Assembly: GCF_000485595.1 (NCBI RefSeq)
Contig: NW_014577079.1
Span: 43,240-95,233 of the forward strand
Origin: Priapulus caudatus
Taxonomy: Eukaryota
DNA: 51,994 nucleotides
Reading direction: 5' to 3'
Below the pieces are notes generated by a model. The model worked only from the letters and a program-made list of their open reading frames with translations, did no database searches and had not been told where the DNA came from. Position 1 is the stretch's first letter, and each line of letters starts with the position of its first letter. A program made the translations under genes and the position numbers. This document shows positions 19,720-33,560 of the stretch, one piece after another.

Positions 19720-21397
19720 ATATGTTCATGGTAATAGTTATCAACTATCATGTTGTCATGTTTGTTTAATGCTGTCATTTCCCTTATCTCTATCTACATG
19801 CACTGTTCATCTTCACGCTAAGATGTCATCTTAAATTATTTTTTTAATGGGAGTCTTCCAAAGCTGGTTGAACCAAAAGTATTTAAATATTCGTTATATA
19901 ATTCTCTCATAATATTCTCACAATTATTTCCTTTGTAATTTCTCTAGTTTGTGAACTGATGCAACTACTAAGTGCATGGTCACTTAATTAGAACTCCTAT
20001 TAGGATATTACCCAAAAGCCAAACAAACAAACGTGCGTCAAACAAGAAAATTAAAGATTGTTTGTTTGATATATTTAAATTTTGAAAGCAAATAACGTGG
20101 TTTTTACGCTGATAAATAACGGTTCAGCTAAAAGCTGTTTGCTTTGACACCTCCTCATCGGCTGTGTATTAGGATAGATTCCACCAGGCGGAAACGCGAT
20201 CCTATGTTCGGCCGATGTTTTGAAAGACAATATTTTTGGTGCTCCACCACAAGAAGTTTTTGTGCATGGCACAAACGTATTTCCTGAAGATTATTTTTGC
20301 CAGTTCCTTCTCTAGTGGTGGGCCAAATTTTTGCACTTGGCATGAAGTAGGAAAAACAGAAATACTTGATGGGAATTAATTCACACATGGTATGTGAAAC
20401 AGTCTCAGGTTAAATAGAGTGATGTGTATATCCTGCTAGCTCTCGTAATATTTGACACCGTTTTTTCGTTTTGGGTACATTTTTGTTTGCGATAGCTTTT
20501 GTATAGTCGGTAATTCTTCATGCAAATATGTGTAATAGTAAATGATAATAGCAAACAAATTAATTTCTTAGGCGATTTTTTCCTTTGTCATACTGCTTTA
20601 GTTTCATTGTGATATAATGTTTTCCTTTAAAATTACATGCAATATAATTTGAAAATAATACGACTATAAGGATTTTTAGATATAGTACTTGTTTGGTTTT
20701 GTGTTGTTCGCGTTACAACATTGTAAAATAAACCCACCTTCGCCGATATCTCTTTTGAATTTGTAAGATATACGGTACCCTAGTACTTGTTTGATTATGC
20801 ATTTGCGCGTCACAATACAATATGAAATCAGCCCATTTTCTCTAATCTCTCGTTTCGGCCCATACTTTAACCGTGTCACTGCAATTTTTTATCCGGTACC
20901 ACGCGTGGCGACATTTGTAGCAAGCGTATCCACTTCACGCGGCACGGTTCGTTTACTCGCTTGGCCACCCCTGCACGTAGCAGAGTAGGTTGTGCTCGCA
21001 AAGTTCGGACCAATAGGCGCCCTGTATCGCACGCGCAGTCATGAGGCAGCGGTCATGGGGTGAAGCATAGATGGGTGAAGTTAGCGTTCGAAGTGAGAGT
21101 TCCCGATGAAATGCACTCGTCATTACTATATATGAGCTTTACCGTGAAGACTGTGACGATTGGTCGATCTCTCAAGTGTGATGTGAGAACACAGGAGTGT
21201 TATATGGCTCGGCGCGGCTAGATTGATAGAGTTTTGAGCTGTCAAAGTCACGCGAAACTTTCGCAGTTTGGCGCCTCCATCGAGCACATACAACGCGCTA
21301 TGCCGACGCCGAGTGGCGGGATTTGCGATTCCTGCTGTCCTGTCGCAGTACTGCGGCAGACCTACTACATCGAGAACACGTAGTTTCTCCTAAATGG

Positions 21398-21520
21398 ATG
21401 GGTACAAATATGCACCAGTCATTGCTATACATTTTTATGTTGCAATCGTTCTGGAGTACGATCAACAACGTGCCTACGGAGCAGAGGAGGCCAGATCCCC
21501 CGTGCGAGTTGACGGGCAAG
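21398..21520 (+). CDS. TRABD2: Tiki exon 1 (signal-peptide-like segment...PPCELTGK); start at ATG 21398 or 21410
   Basis: Hydrophobic [12 protein letters not shown], conserved CEL just before the intron, donor AAG|GTTAGT phase 0. Confidence 0.7.
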
Positions 21521-24500
21521 GTTAGTAAGTAGAGCCAGGTGCCCTCCCGACATGTCCGAAACAATAGTGACCCATGAACTCCTTTATTTTCCCTGAACCT
21601 GTTTCACAAGATGCTGCCCACTGTTGACCCTTCTCTTGTTTTCTGTTGTGCGGTATTTGTCATTCCCAAATTATAGGCTAACCTCACGCAAGTGTCTAGT
21701 GTACTGTACATCGCATGTCTATATATATGTATGATAGCAGGCATGGAGTGTGTAAAACTAACGACGTTTTAACGTATTTTCACCGAAACGAATATTGTTT
21801 TGATGCGTGATAGTCCGTAGAATAAAATAGTATAAGTAACCGTGTTACTGTGCCGATGTAGTGGGCTTAATTGAAGAAATTAAGAAAGAATCTCGTGTAA
21901 TGCATACTATATATAATTTAATATATGCATAATATTTTCTCTATATTTTTTGTGTGGTTTGCTNNNNNNNNNNNNNNNNNNNNNNNNNAAATGGCCGATG
22001 TTATTGTTATTTAAGTGCGTCCAAACACAAAAATTGATCGAATTTCGCGTTAGCCGCACGCACTTATTAGTGTGTCCAAGATGGACATAGCTCCATTGCC
22101 CACACTTATTTTAAGTGCGTCCAAAGGTAAAAAATGTTTCTTGCCCAAACTTATTTTAAGTGGTATTTTCTAAAAACCGGAATGGAATCAACTTGCACGG
22201 CGAGTGGCACTTATAAGTGTGGCCAAGGGAAAAATTTAGCACTGGCCACACTTATACGCCGTGGCTATTCTTACGACCAGTCGTAACAATTATTTATGGA
22301 CTATTCTTACGACATGCAACGCATAACGCATAATAGTTAATAGTAATATAATGCTAGTCTAGGCAGTCGCCTATGCCTACTCCCTAACCCTAACACTAAC
22401 TATAAACCGACTCGGCTTTCTTATATACGCGTGTCATAGTACAAAAATTAATCTATTGTGTATAACGACATACGCAACGCATGCTCATGCGCGTTGCATG
22501 ATCAAAATAAGTGTGGCCAAGGGAAAAATTCAGCATTATCCGCACGTAATCAAAATAAGTGTGGCCAAGGGAAAAATTCAGCACTAGCCACACTTATAAG
22601 TGCGAATAGTCACTTCCATTTAAAATATAATATTGAATAACAAGTCATTGAATTGTCAAGGCAATAACAAATTTTGTCTCATGAAATCAGGATGAAATAG
22701 TATTATCTGGCTCATGGTTAATTTTCGGGCCTATTTTCACCGTTTTAATAACTAATATTACCAATCATTTTACACGTGCAAACTACCTTACTGTAACCGT
22801 GTAACGAGAGGAAACCACGTCTTATTTGTGGTATCTGGACATAATTTTGTATATATGGCGCTTTTCACCCAGTTCTTTGCGTAAGTGGTAAATTAATGTA
22901 TAATATTGAAACAGGAATTGCACATGCAACTATGTATCATGAAATCACGAGCTAATAATATTACTAGCTCTTGATGAAATGTTATTTGTAATTATTAGTA
23001 AAAGGCCCGCAGCTAACTTACATTGGTATCATATGTAGAGTGCAGAGTATGTGCTATGTCAATTTGCTCGCTTTGCTGTATTTCGTTCAGCGTTGTATGT
23101 GCCAGTAAAAATTTAAGCATAATATGTTGTCTACTAGACGCATACTGAATGGCAGATAATAATAAAGCACTTGTCACTGATAGTGTTTAAATATAAGTTA
23201 ACAAGACTTTACTGTTTATCATTATACTTTTAAAATATTATTGTAGAGTAGGCTGAGGGTTTGCTGTGTTCTGGCAATGTTTAAAATACCCAGACCAGAT
23301 CTATCCTTCTTAACATTTGCCATGCAAATTGTATATATTGTACAGCACATGTATGTAAATGTTTGCAAAACACTAAAGACAGCTCTGTTTCTAAAACCAC
23401 GGGGCATGCAGCATTTGTTTTGCTGACATGCGGGTGAGCTGATAATTAATGCTTTATGCGTAGATATTTTAGTGTGTAAATATGCAGTAGGATTCTAATA
23501 TCCGTGTAAACTCCATGATATTGACACTAAAGACGAGATAGGTTGGTAAGCAGTAAGCAATGAATATTTATTCTTTATAGCCTTCTGTGCTAACTGCAAC
23601 CTTTTACGATTTTATATACAAATACTATTGGCCTAAAATAACGCATGCGTGAGTGTGTGTAATATATAAACGGATATTTGCGTTTGCATGTACAATATAA
23701 CCGCAATAAATGGTACCAGGCTGTACGTACACTACATGATGGTGGTACGTCATGGAATGAGACCAAAGAGAAGAACACGTCCTGGGTGTAGTGAGTGCAG
23801 TGCAGTATAATCCTGCCATCTGTCCAATAACCCTCGTATCTCATCACATGTTTACTTCGCGCACACTGATACGCACGCACGCACGCACGCACACGAACAC
23901 GCGCGCGCACGTAGTCACTGGCATACACCAATGTACGCATACATACATCCACGTGCGCACACACGCACGCACGTATAGGCCTACAACGAAGTGACACTGG
24001 GGCGTAACGGAGTAATAAACTGTGTCGTCTCGTACTGTTTTCAGCAAAATAATCTGAACTCGTTCCTGTGGACAATCAAGCGCAACCCTCCGTCTTACTT
24101 CTTCGGTACGATCCACGTGCCGTACACGCGCGTGTGGGATTTCATTCCGGAGAACACGAAGCAGGCGTTCGAACAGAGCGAGAACGTGTTCTTCGAGCTG
24201 GACCTCACCGACCCCTATACGATATCGGCGCTCACGAGCTGCCAGATGCTGCCGCAGGGCAAGGAGCTCTCCGACGTGCTGCCACGGGACCTCTACCTCC
24301 GCCTGAAGCGGCATTTGGAGTACGTTAAAACGATGATGCCGTCGTGGATGACGGCCGACCAGCGCGGCCAGGGCCTGTACGCCGACTACCTCTTCAACGC
24401 GATCACGGGCAACTGGGAGCGCAAGCGGCCGGTGTGGGTCATGCTCATGGTGAACTCTCTAACGGAGAGCGACATCAAGTCGCGCGGCATACCCGTGCTA

Positions 24501-26214
24501 GATCTCTACCTCGCCCAGGAGGCGGAGCGGCTGAGCAAGCGCACGGGCGCCGTGGAGATGGTCGAGGAGCAGTGTGTTCCGCTCAACGGGCTGAATTACT
24601 CGCAGGTGAGGCGCTTTTTCAATCAATTAATAAATAAAATAATTAAGTTTTAATTATTCGATTTTTCGTTTTTTTTGGCGTGTGGGCATAGATGGGTGTT
24701 GGGTTTCGGTTTGCTCCCTCAAGTGCGAAGTTCGTACTAGCTGCGGTGGTCTATCTGTAACGAGTGTAGTGAGTCTAAAGCTGAAGCAGTGTTTGCAGAA
24801 ATAAATCACACAACCATGCTCTGTAAAGCACGCAATACCTGCGTTATCTGTGCAGAATGTTTGATTGGTGATTGGATGTGAATGCGCGCGGTAGATGAAC
24901 GAATGTGATTGTAGGACGAGTAAAAACTTGTACTAGAATGGAAAACCATCAGGAACAGTGCGAACATGCAATGAATAGGTTGGAGACGGCCACTGCTCGC
25001 GTACGTGGGGATTAGACGCAGCCACACCGCAGTTACTACAATGCAGGTACATATATGTTGTCGTGAGGAGAAAAAAGGACGCAGGGTACGTGTCATGATG
25101 AATGACGACAAATTTGCTAAGTTAAGAGCAACAACTTTATGGGTGCTGCGCGGGTCCCTCGCTAAGCAGATCAGTGACAGCTTTATGGTTTTATGGGTCG
25201 ACTGGTTCTGGACAGACCCGACATAGAGACCTGACAGACTCACCGCAGTTGCTCTACTAGGAAATGTTGGGTCCTGCGAGCAGACTTGAATATTTACTGG
25301 GGGAAAAAATGGATGGAAACGAGTGAATCTCTCGCATTCTTGCTACTAATACTAGACTAACTATTAAAGTTAGTTTGATACAGAATCAATTCAATGAATT
25401 TTTTGTGAAAAAGTTGAGTAAATTTATTAACGTATGCATGTGGCGCATATAGATTTTAGTATGATATTTTAGTAAAATATTGAGACTAATTTCAATTTTA
25501 GCTTTAAGATCTGGATCTTCTAAATGTCACCTAAATTACCTAATCGTCGAGTATACATTTACAAAGGTGTAAATATAGGTTTACTGCACTGTATATTAAG
25601 CTAAGTGGTGCTGCTAATCCCCCTCTCTAGCAGAACTGTTTCGCATCTTTGTAAACCTGATCGTGTTTGCTTACTGTTGCACTCGATCTTCGAGTGCTCA
25701 CCGTGTTCGCGATAGAGATGTACATGACTTCGGTTTAATCCCGTAAAACCGAGTGCTCGAAAAACAAACAAGCAAGCGATTTTGCTCTCTGAGGCATTGT
25801 CGGATGCGCTTTCAAGGGTTACGGTGTGGCGTTACATTGCACGTACATCTGCGTGACCACCCGATAGAACTGAAAGAGGATATTTTTCACTTTTAATCTT
25901 GCGACCACGGTCATGGGTCACGTTTCTGCCAGACGGTGCCTTGTTAAGTCTGATGTTTACTTAGGTAATCTTAAATCAGACAGGGTGAGAACAAACCACA
26001 CGCATACATGTATCGCGCGCATCGAGTGTCCCTCATAGATGACGTAAAGGTATTGTATGAATAGAAGTTCAACAAACCATTGTAAAATAAAAAAGTTCTT
26101 GCATCATTACAACAATACATCTAAACCAATTTGAGTTTCGTTTATCCAGGCATATTCGCTTACTTCCAGTGCCACCCATCCATTCATATATCAGATATAT
26201 ATATATATATACAT

Positions 26215-26253
<39 letters not shown>

Positions 26254-29200
26254 CACATATAAATGTGTGTGTGTCCTTTGCTATTGGAAAGAAATTGTAG
26301 GGGCAGCGGAGATAGTGTGAAACGTGCTGCGTATAGCCATGTGTGGTGCCAAAGTTCTGCTTCGGACTAGCGGGGAGTTTATTAACAAAGCTAATTTTCA
26401 CTCTAAATGCTATAAAAGGACCGCGTTGTCCATTTCCAGCGTGTTCGTGTGCCGTAGAGCATCTGCCGTCAGGTAAATAAGCCTAAATACTGCCCCTTTG
26501 TGAGGCGTTAGGGCCAGGTAAATACTCCTGCGCATTCTCCCCGTCCGGCGCAGTAATGACTAGTAACGATGCCAATGTGATTGTAACACCGTAACGCTGT
26601 TGGTCTAGCCCGTAGACGAGTAATTGGCCGTCCGTAAACAAACCGTCGCTCCGGCAAACAAGAGAATTTTACATAGCATGAGTGAAACGAACTCTTTTGC
26701 TAAACACGAAGGCGCAAAGAAAACAGCTGGCCTCCGCTGCTCCTTTTGTCGCTGCGGTTTACCCAGGATAGTGAAAAGCAGATTGCTGGAGTGCCTGAGA
26801 TTCCAGATTCCTGAATCCCATAGATCGTAGGCCCACAGTATAAACACACAATCTGCGCCGTATATGGACGTGTTGATGTTGCAGTTAGTATTTCAGCTGG
26901 TCAGCGGGAAAATCGCCACAGGAATCCATTTGGATTGCTTTACAAAAGTAAAACACTGAACAGAGAATGTCTTCATTGGCAATATTAGAATTTATTGTTT
27001 ACAGCTAACCAACCAGAACAAAGTGTCTCCGTAACGTATACGTTTATTTAATCATTCTTCTTTCCTCCATGATGAGATTTTAGGGTTAATGCTATAACCA
27101 TCTACAGGAAGGATAACAGAATGTACAAACAAATAGGGCAGTGGGTCTATTGCAGTTATAGCAGAGACGTGGGAACGAAAACGGGTAATGATGATTTGGC
27201 TACCGGCTCGAATCTTGTGAATACACCATACATATATGATTGACAGCTAGCCGGAGTCTATCGCCTTTGAGGTGAAAGTAAATTAGCTATCATTTTGAGA
27301 GCTCGGATATTTGTGCCGCTTAGCGTTTCAGGTGTGCGGGGTTGTGGGAGCTTGTTAAAAGCAACAAAAATGCTTTGGAAATGGAATCCATGCCTAGGCT
27401 ATAAGTGAGTGGTAAAACTTGGCCTGTTTTTTAATGCACACCATACACGCTGTGAGAGGAAATCATACACGTAATTGCTATATATTTGTCTATGCCATCG
27501 TTTTCTCGCGGCAGAAACACTGAATTCAGATGCCCAAGTTTTGACAGTTGTCTAGTGATAGTCTTAGATGTTGATGGAAGAAATATTTCTGTAAATGAGA
27601 ATGACATTGCTCATTATTGGCAATAAAAGTTCAAATAGAACAGTGTTGCACTGCTACACAAGTAGGTATTGGTAGTTGGTGGTTCCATGTTACCTTGAAT
27701 TCTGTGGAGGTTTGTAACGTTTAGTAATTTTAGCCTGCTTATTATAGATGCACACGAGATTGCAGGTGGCGTTAAAAGCAACAGACCACGTGGTGCGTCT
27801 GAAAGCCCCTTGCGAATGATTGACACACTTGTAATATATGTTAATAATTTTTCTCTGCATGGCATTGGCAAGTGCTTCTCATGTTGCATGAAGCAGTCTG
27901 AATAGTTGTTCTTGAAGCGGATGCGCGTTGTCGTCATTGCCCTGGGTTGTGCGTCGCCACCAAGCAACTACTTTGAGTGCACCCGCAACAAAGACGTTTT
28001 TGGCCTAATGTAGCGCAAATCGCGTGATTGACAGCTTAAAAAGTTACGAAATATTGCTTATCGCTAGGGAATCATTCACCGGACGTTCATTCAGAGTCAC
28101 TGTGTGCTGTTTTCCGTAAAGCTGTGGCTGGCGACACCAAGATGGCTGGGTGGCGCCATTTTTGTTAGTTAACTGGTGCAATTGGTTTCCTGAGGTTTGG
28201 TGTTCACAAAGCAGGTAATTCAGAAAAATTCTCGTCATTGCTGGAGTAGTGTATCTTCCCGCGACTAAGACAAATGCGTTTGGCAAAGGTTTTTTGATGG
28301 CTTAATTGTTTCCAGCTTGTTTGGGAAATGTTTCCATTTTCACTGATTGTATAGATTACATTGTTCATCGATTACAATCATTGCTTCTTACATTTTCTTT
28401 GCTATAAATTATATGTAATGTTCTCATTTTACACATCGCATGACCCAAGTGCATAAAGTCTTATATTTCAATAAATGTATACTGACGTAATTCATGTCAT
28501 AAAAGGTTAATGTCTGCCAAGTATTATTTCGACTGACATCGTTTTTGGTACCAAATTATGTAGGTAATCTTAAAGATATTATTGAAATTAAAACATCTCT
28601 AACATATTTCGCGTAATTAAAGTTACAAAAATAATTTAAATAACCTAATGAAAGTTGGCAACTAAGTAAGATTAATGGGTTTTTATTTTTATATGCTACA
28701 ATATCATTAAAATTACACGTGTATGTAGAAAAAAAACTTACTATACTATAGTACCAACAGTGGGATGTTTTGTGGCAGTGAAACTATAGCTAGTGATAGC
28801 GCTATATGAACGTTAGCGCTATACTCGTAACATATACTCATCAGATGGATTCCTGATCTTTTCAATTCTCTTTAGACCAATATGCATAAGCAAGGCTTTG
28901 CCTAGAGAGCCTAGACAATGCAAGTGCGCACACACATATACGCGTTTAGTATCCCCAAAGCTATAAGTGAACCCTGCTAATCTGTAAATAAGGTTTAATT
29001 ATGCAGGGATATCCACACAAGTTTAGCGCACTTCAAAGGCACGCCGCCAAAGTCCTCACATGTGGCGGCAGGAAACATGTCGGCCCTTATTTCCTAGCGG
29101 ACAGGCTGTGACCTTTTATTGAAATGTTTTCAGGACATTTATCTATGTCCGTCACACACCTTTGCTAACAACTACATGTAGGCTATGCGCGTAAGGCTGG

Positions 29201-32200
29201 AAGCTGTAGTCGTACCGCTATTGGGGGGGAAAAAATTCCCAGGCATTGCTCGTAACGTTTTCTCCTGTTTACCCGGAAAGAAAACCCATAATTGATAAAT
29301 TAGACGAAATTGGTTGTGAAGTCATATTTTGTAGTGATACCGTCCAAACAGTAAGTAAACACCAAGCCCAATTTAATATTTTTATGAGAATAAATTGTGT
29401 CAAAATGTAACTAATGCCCGGCGCACACGTGAGTTATTTTACTCAAGTAAAATGACGCATGAGTCAAATTACTCAACGAAAATCCGCCTCACACGTGAGT
29501 AAAATGACGCATGCGTCAAATTACTCAACGAAAATCCGCCGCACACGTCAGTAAAATGACTCATGCGTCATTTTACTTGAGTAAAATAACTCACGTGTGC
29601 GCCGGGCATAAGGTTTCTTAATTTGTCACAGCTTCGGGCAGTATTATTTCATGCTATAACAGTGTATAGGCCACATCATCGCCCTGACCAACAGATGAGT
29701 TCGTATCTGCAATGTCCATGTATCATAATTGTTTAGAATATTTGTTCTCTAAGACTACTTATATATATAATATATATATATATATAATATATATTATATA
29801 TATATATATTATTATATATATATGATATATATTATATGTACGGTATACAAGTCTGCTTGTCACAGCACTTAAATTGCGTGCCTCTCGCTGTGCGTGCGTG
29901 CGTGCGTGCGTGCGTGTGTGCGTGCGTGTGTGCGTGCGCGCACGCGTGTGTCTGTGCGCATGTGTGTGTGTGGGTGGATGGGTGGGTGGTTGTGGGGTAT
30001 ACTCTACATCAGAGTAAATGACTTGTTTGTTTTGATATCAAGTGGAGACTTGACCGACAGAACGTCAACAACTGTAATCTCCAGTCTCCGTGTGGGAAGG
30101 CGCCAAGAAGTGGCAGTAAGAGCATATGGCAGTGAACTGCTGCTGTTTAGCTTGCTCTGGGGGTCCTTCCCCCGTTATACGACTCCCTAGTACAACACAC
30201 AGTGTCTCATGGGTATAGCAGTACGCAGATATCGGCAGATGTGATGCGTAACACTTATCATGGTGGATATAGGCAAGAATTCTGCTTCATACGTGCACCG
30301 GCGCGTGTGTATTTATATGGAATGACGGTTGGGCCTTATTATCAGAAGTATACACAGACATCTTATGTACTCTTCTCATTATATACTGATGAGCGCTATC
30401 AAGTGAAGGGTAGCAGGTAAATTATTATACAAAGGGAGGAAGTTATAAATAGGCTCTGGTAGTTGCTTACAGTTTACCATAGTTGCTCATGGAAATTACA
30501 CGTGTTCACTCGAATTTTCAATGTGGATGTATATACGTTTACAGCATTGACCGTTGTCCACTTTGTTGTCAATGTATACACTCATAGCTAATGAAATGTA
30601 AAATGACTTTGGGCGGACGGAAAATATTTGTGCATGTGCATTAGGATATTTGCTCCGCCAGTGCACTTACATATATAACATATATATAAAATACATGCGC
30701 ATATTTTTGTCCCTGAATTTCCTAAGAAACCTGGCGCCTGTAGAAGATTGTGCATGCTGATTATCGTGTCTACGTGGACAACAGTTACTGTTGAATGTTG
30801 TTCGCTGGAATGTATTGTTACTACCAGATACGATATGATCTCTCAATGAGTTTATACGTGATCGCGTGCGTGGTCAAAGTTGAAAGCACGCATGCTTTCG
30901 CGTGCTTTCGTTGCTGAAAAACCTTACTTGAAATCGGTTGTGGCAGCCTAAAATGTTAGAAAAGGTTAGAAAACGATGAGTGAATTCCTGGTGCCATAGT
31001 GTGTTGTGGCATTCTTCAAAGCTGCTTATAAAGTTCTTGCACGGAAGTATATATATAGCCTAAGGCTGTTTGAAGGCATTGAGATCCAAACATCATATGT
31101 GATATTGTCAAAAGCTTTTCTTGGTTTTGCGATAATGCACCGACAAATGTACAGCAGCGGTTCTGGAATACATGTCCAAGTGGCATTTATACTAGTGATG
31201 GGAGAAAGAGACATATACAGTTGTTTGATCATGTGTTTGGTGGCGGAAGCACGATGTGTGTTATGAAGGTAATATCCCGCATAAAAGAAGAGGTGTAGTA
31301 TGCGCGCGCGCGTGTGTGTGCGTGCGTTCGTGTATATTTGTACATACTAAGGTATAATGAGTATGTGTGGGAATTCACATGTGTAGTTGTGGGCAGGGAG
31401 TAAAATGTGCGGGAGGGGAACGGGGTAGGGGTATGTCACGTGTGAAGAGGAATGAGGTACGTGAAGGTATTGAGCGCTTATATACTAACTAGCAAAGTAC
31501 CCGTCCTTCGGACGGTGTGAATTCATGAATGAGTGTATTAGTGTTGTAGCTCACCTAAGGATCAAGGGCTTCTTTGTAAAGTATGTTTTTGGTCTTCGTG
31601 TCCTGTGTGTGAATGAATATCGCCGTGAGTTTGCCTACGTGTGAGAGGGCAATATAGAGCATGCCATATGGAAGAAGACAGGTGTGGTCAGGCCCAAGCC
31701 TATGGTAGTGAAAGTCTATGGTAATGATGCTCACGGGCGCGGGCATATGCTGTGAATGTAGAGATGCATAGTTAAGCTGAGAAGAAGTTCTTTGAAGAAG
31801 TAAAATACAATAGAAAAGTTTATTTGATAAGATTTACAGGTGATGGACACTAAATTACAGAACTTGATGGTATACAACGTTGGTAGTGTAGTAAACAGAC
31901 TAAAGTTAAAAGTTAAAAGACAGGTTTAAAGTTGTAGAAAATAAACAGACTGAATGATAGTTTTGGTGTTTTGACTTTAAAAGAGATTGTTAAGTAAAAA
32001 AATGTTTTTTTTGTACCTACCGACCTACCCTTTAAAAAATTGGATTTGAAACCGTAAAGAGAGATTTGAGCAGTTTGTAAGAATTGATAATTGATAATAG
32101 AATTGAAATCCCCAATATCAGCAGTTTGTTTGGTGAGCAGTTAATAATTTCAGGAGCTTTATGGTGAGCAGTTGGTAATCACTGTCTGTTGGGACAGAAG

Positions 32201-33451
32201 TCGATCTTTAAAGACGTGGCAGTGAATTGCAGTTTGACGTGCATGTCATGTGGCAATTCTCAATTCTGAACAGCATGCATTATATTGCTTGAACAGTATA
32301 TGCACATGCATGGAATTGTTGGATGAAATTAATCTATTGTAGGACAGAAACAAAATGGGATAAATAATAACATTTGTATGGTTTTATGTCCAAATATACG
32401 ATGTGGTTGAGTGGTTGTAAACATGTTTTGCCAACAATACATAATTCATGCAGGAATTGGCGACAATCGGCAGGAATAATGCCATTTATTGACTGGGCAA
32501 ACATGGTGACTGTGTTTGTGTAGGTCTACGAACTATGATTGTTATTGAGGAAACAGGCATATTGAGATTTGGGAAGACTTAAGGTATACAGGAGATAAAG
32601 GTATATTAACTGAGCTAGAAAGTTTTCGGCGTGAAACTGAACCGAACGTGAAGATGTGGTGAGCACATTGTGGTGAAGCACAGGCACTTGGAGCGTTTCA
32701 ATAAAAGATAATGGTAAATAAATACGAAATCTATTTACTACCATTGAAGGCTTAATGTTACTATACTGTCTTTCACCTATTATTGCGGACAATTTGCTGG
32801 AAATGCCGTCGAAATGGTGATCTGCAACGCTGCAAACGCTGAACTGCAAACGCTTACTGCCCCTGCACACTGACCTCACTTACACATAAATGTCTGTCCG
32901 TGTGTGTGGTGAAGAGCGTGATTATGGATTTTGGGATACCGCAGGGAATTGCATGAGGGGAATTGCTTAACTGGAAAATAACTTAGGTAATAAAAATTCG
33001 CTGTTTCCCTTTTATAGTATAGATTTTAAATTAAATATATTATAAATATGCATATATCCAACTGCCGGCCCCTAACGTATTACGCAAGCGTGCTACCACT
33101 GCGCCACAGCGATGCACAGCGCAAGCTGTCAACAACACGTACTACAATGGGAGTGACGTCGATCGATATACCGGTCTGGTATCGGTACACCAGTGTTAAA
33201 TGAAACGGCTTAAAATTGAACTTTATCGTGTTTTGATCGTTGAAAAAGTGCGCCAATATTACTCTATGAGTATGCATCACTTACAGTCAAGCAATTTGAA
33301 ATCAAGCGAGCAGATTCAGAGAACATAGGTAACAAAAAATGGCCTGTTCCCTTTTATAGTATAGATGACAGATATATTGTAGCGAAGTTGGCTGTCGGCA
33401 CAACACGCGCGCACCTGTTGCACGTATATTTACCGCTGCTGCTGCTGCTGT

Positions 33452-33482
<31 letters not shown>

Positions 33483-33519
33483 ATGGTGCTGGTGCTGGTG
33501 CTGCGGCTGCGGCTGCGGC

Positions 33520-33560
<41 letters not shown>

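Noticed and set aside
19990..20870. Possible Kolobok-like element ending in ACTTTAA
   Set aside because: I could not identify the partner TIR or a TTAA TSD.
21394..21526. Alternative Tiki N-terminus from ATG 21394 ([20 protein letters not shown]...)
   Set aside because: Hydrophobic, but out of phase with exon 2 at both nearby donors, and it lacks the conserved CEL.
23590..24637. Overlapping and antisense ORFs around Tiki exon 2
   Set aside because: Shadows of a GC3-rich coding exon and of (ACGC)n repeats.
28830..30410. CTGATGAG cores (minus strand ~28838, plus strand ~30386) as hammerhead ribozymes
   Set aside because: No stem II followed by GAAA in the required geometry.
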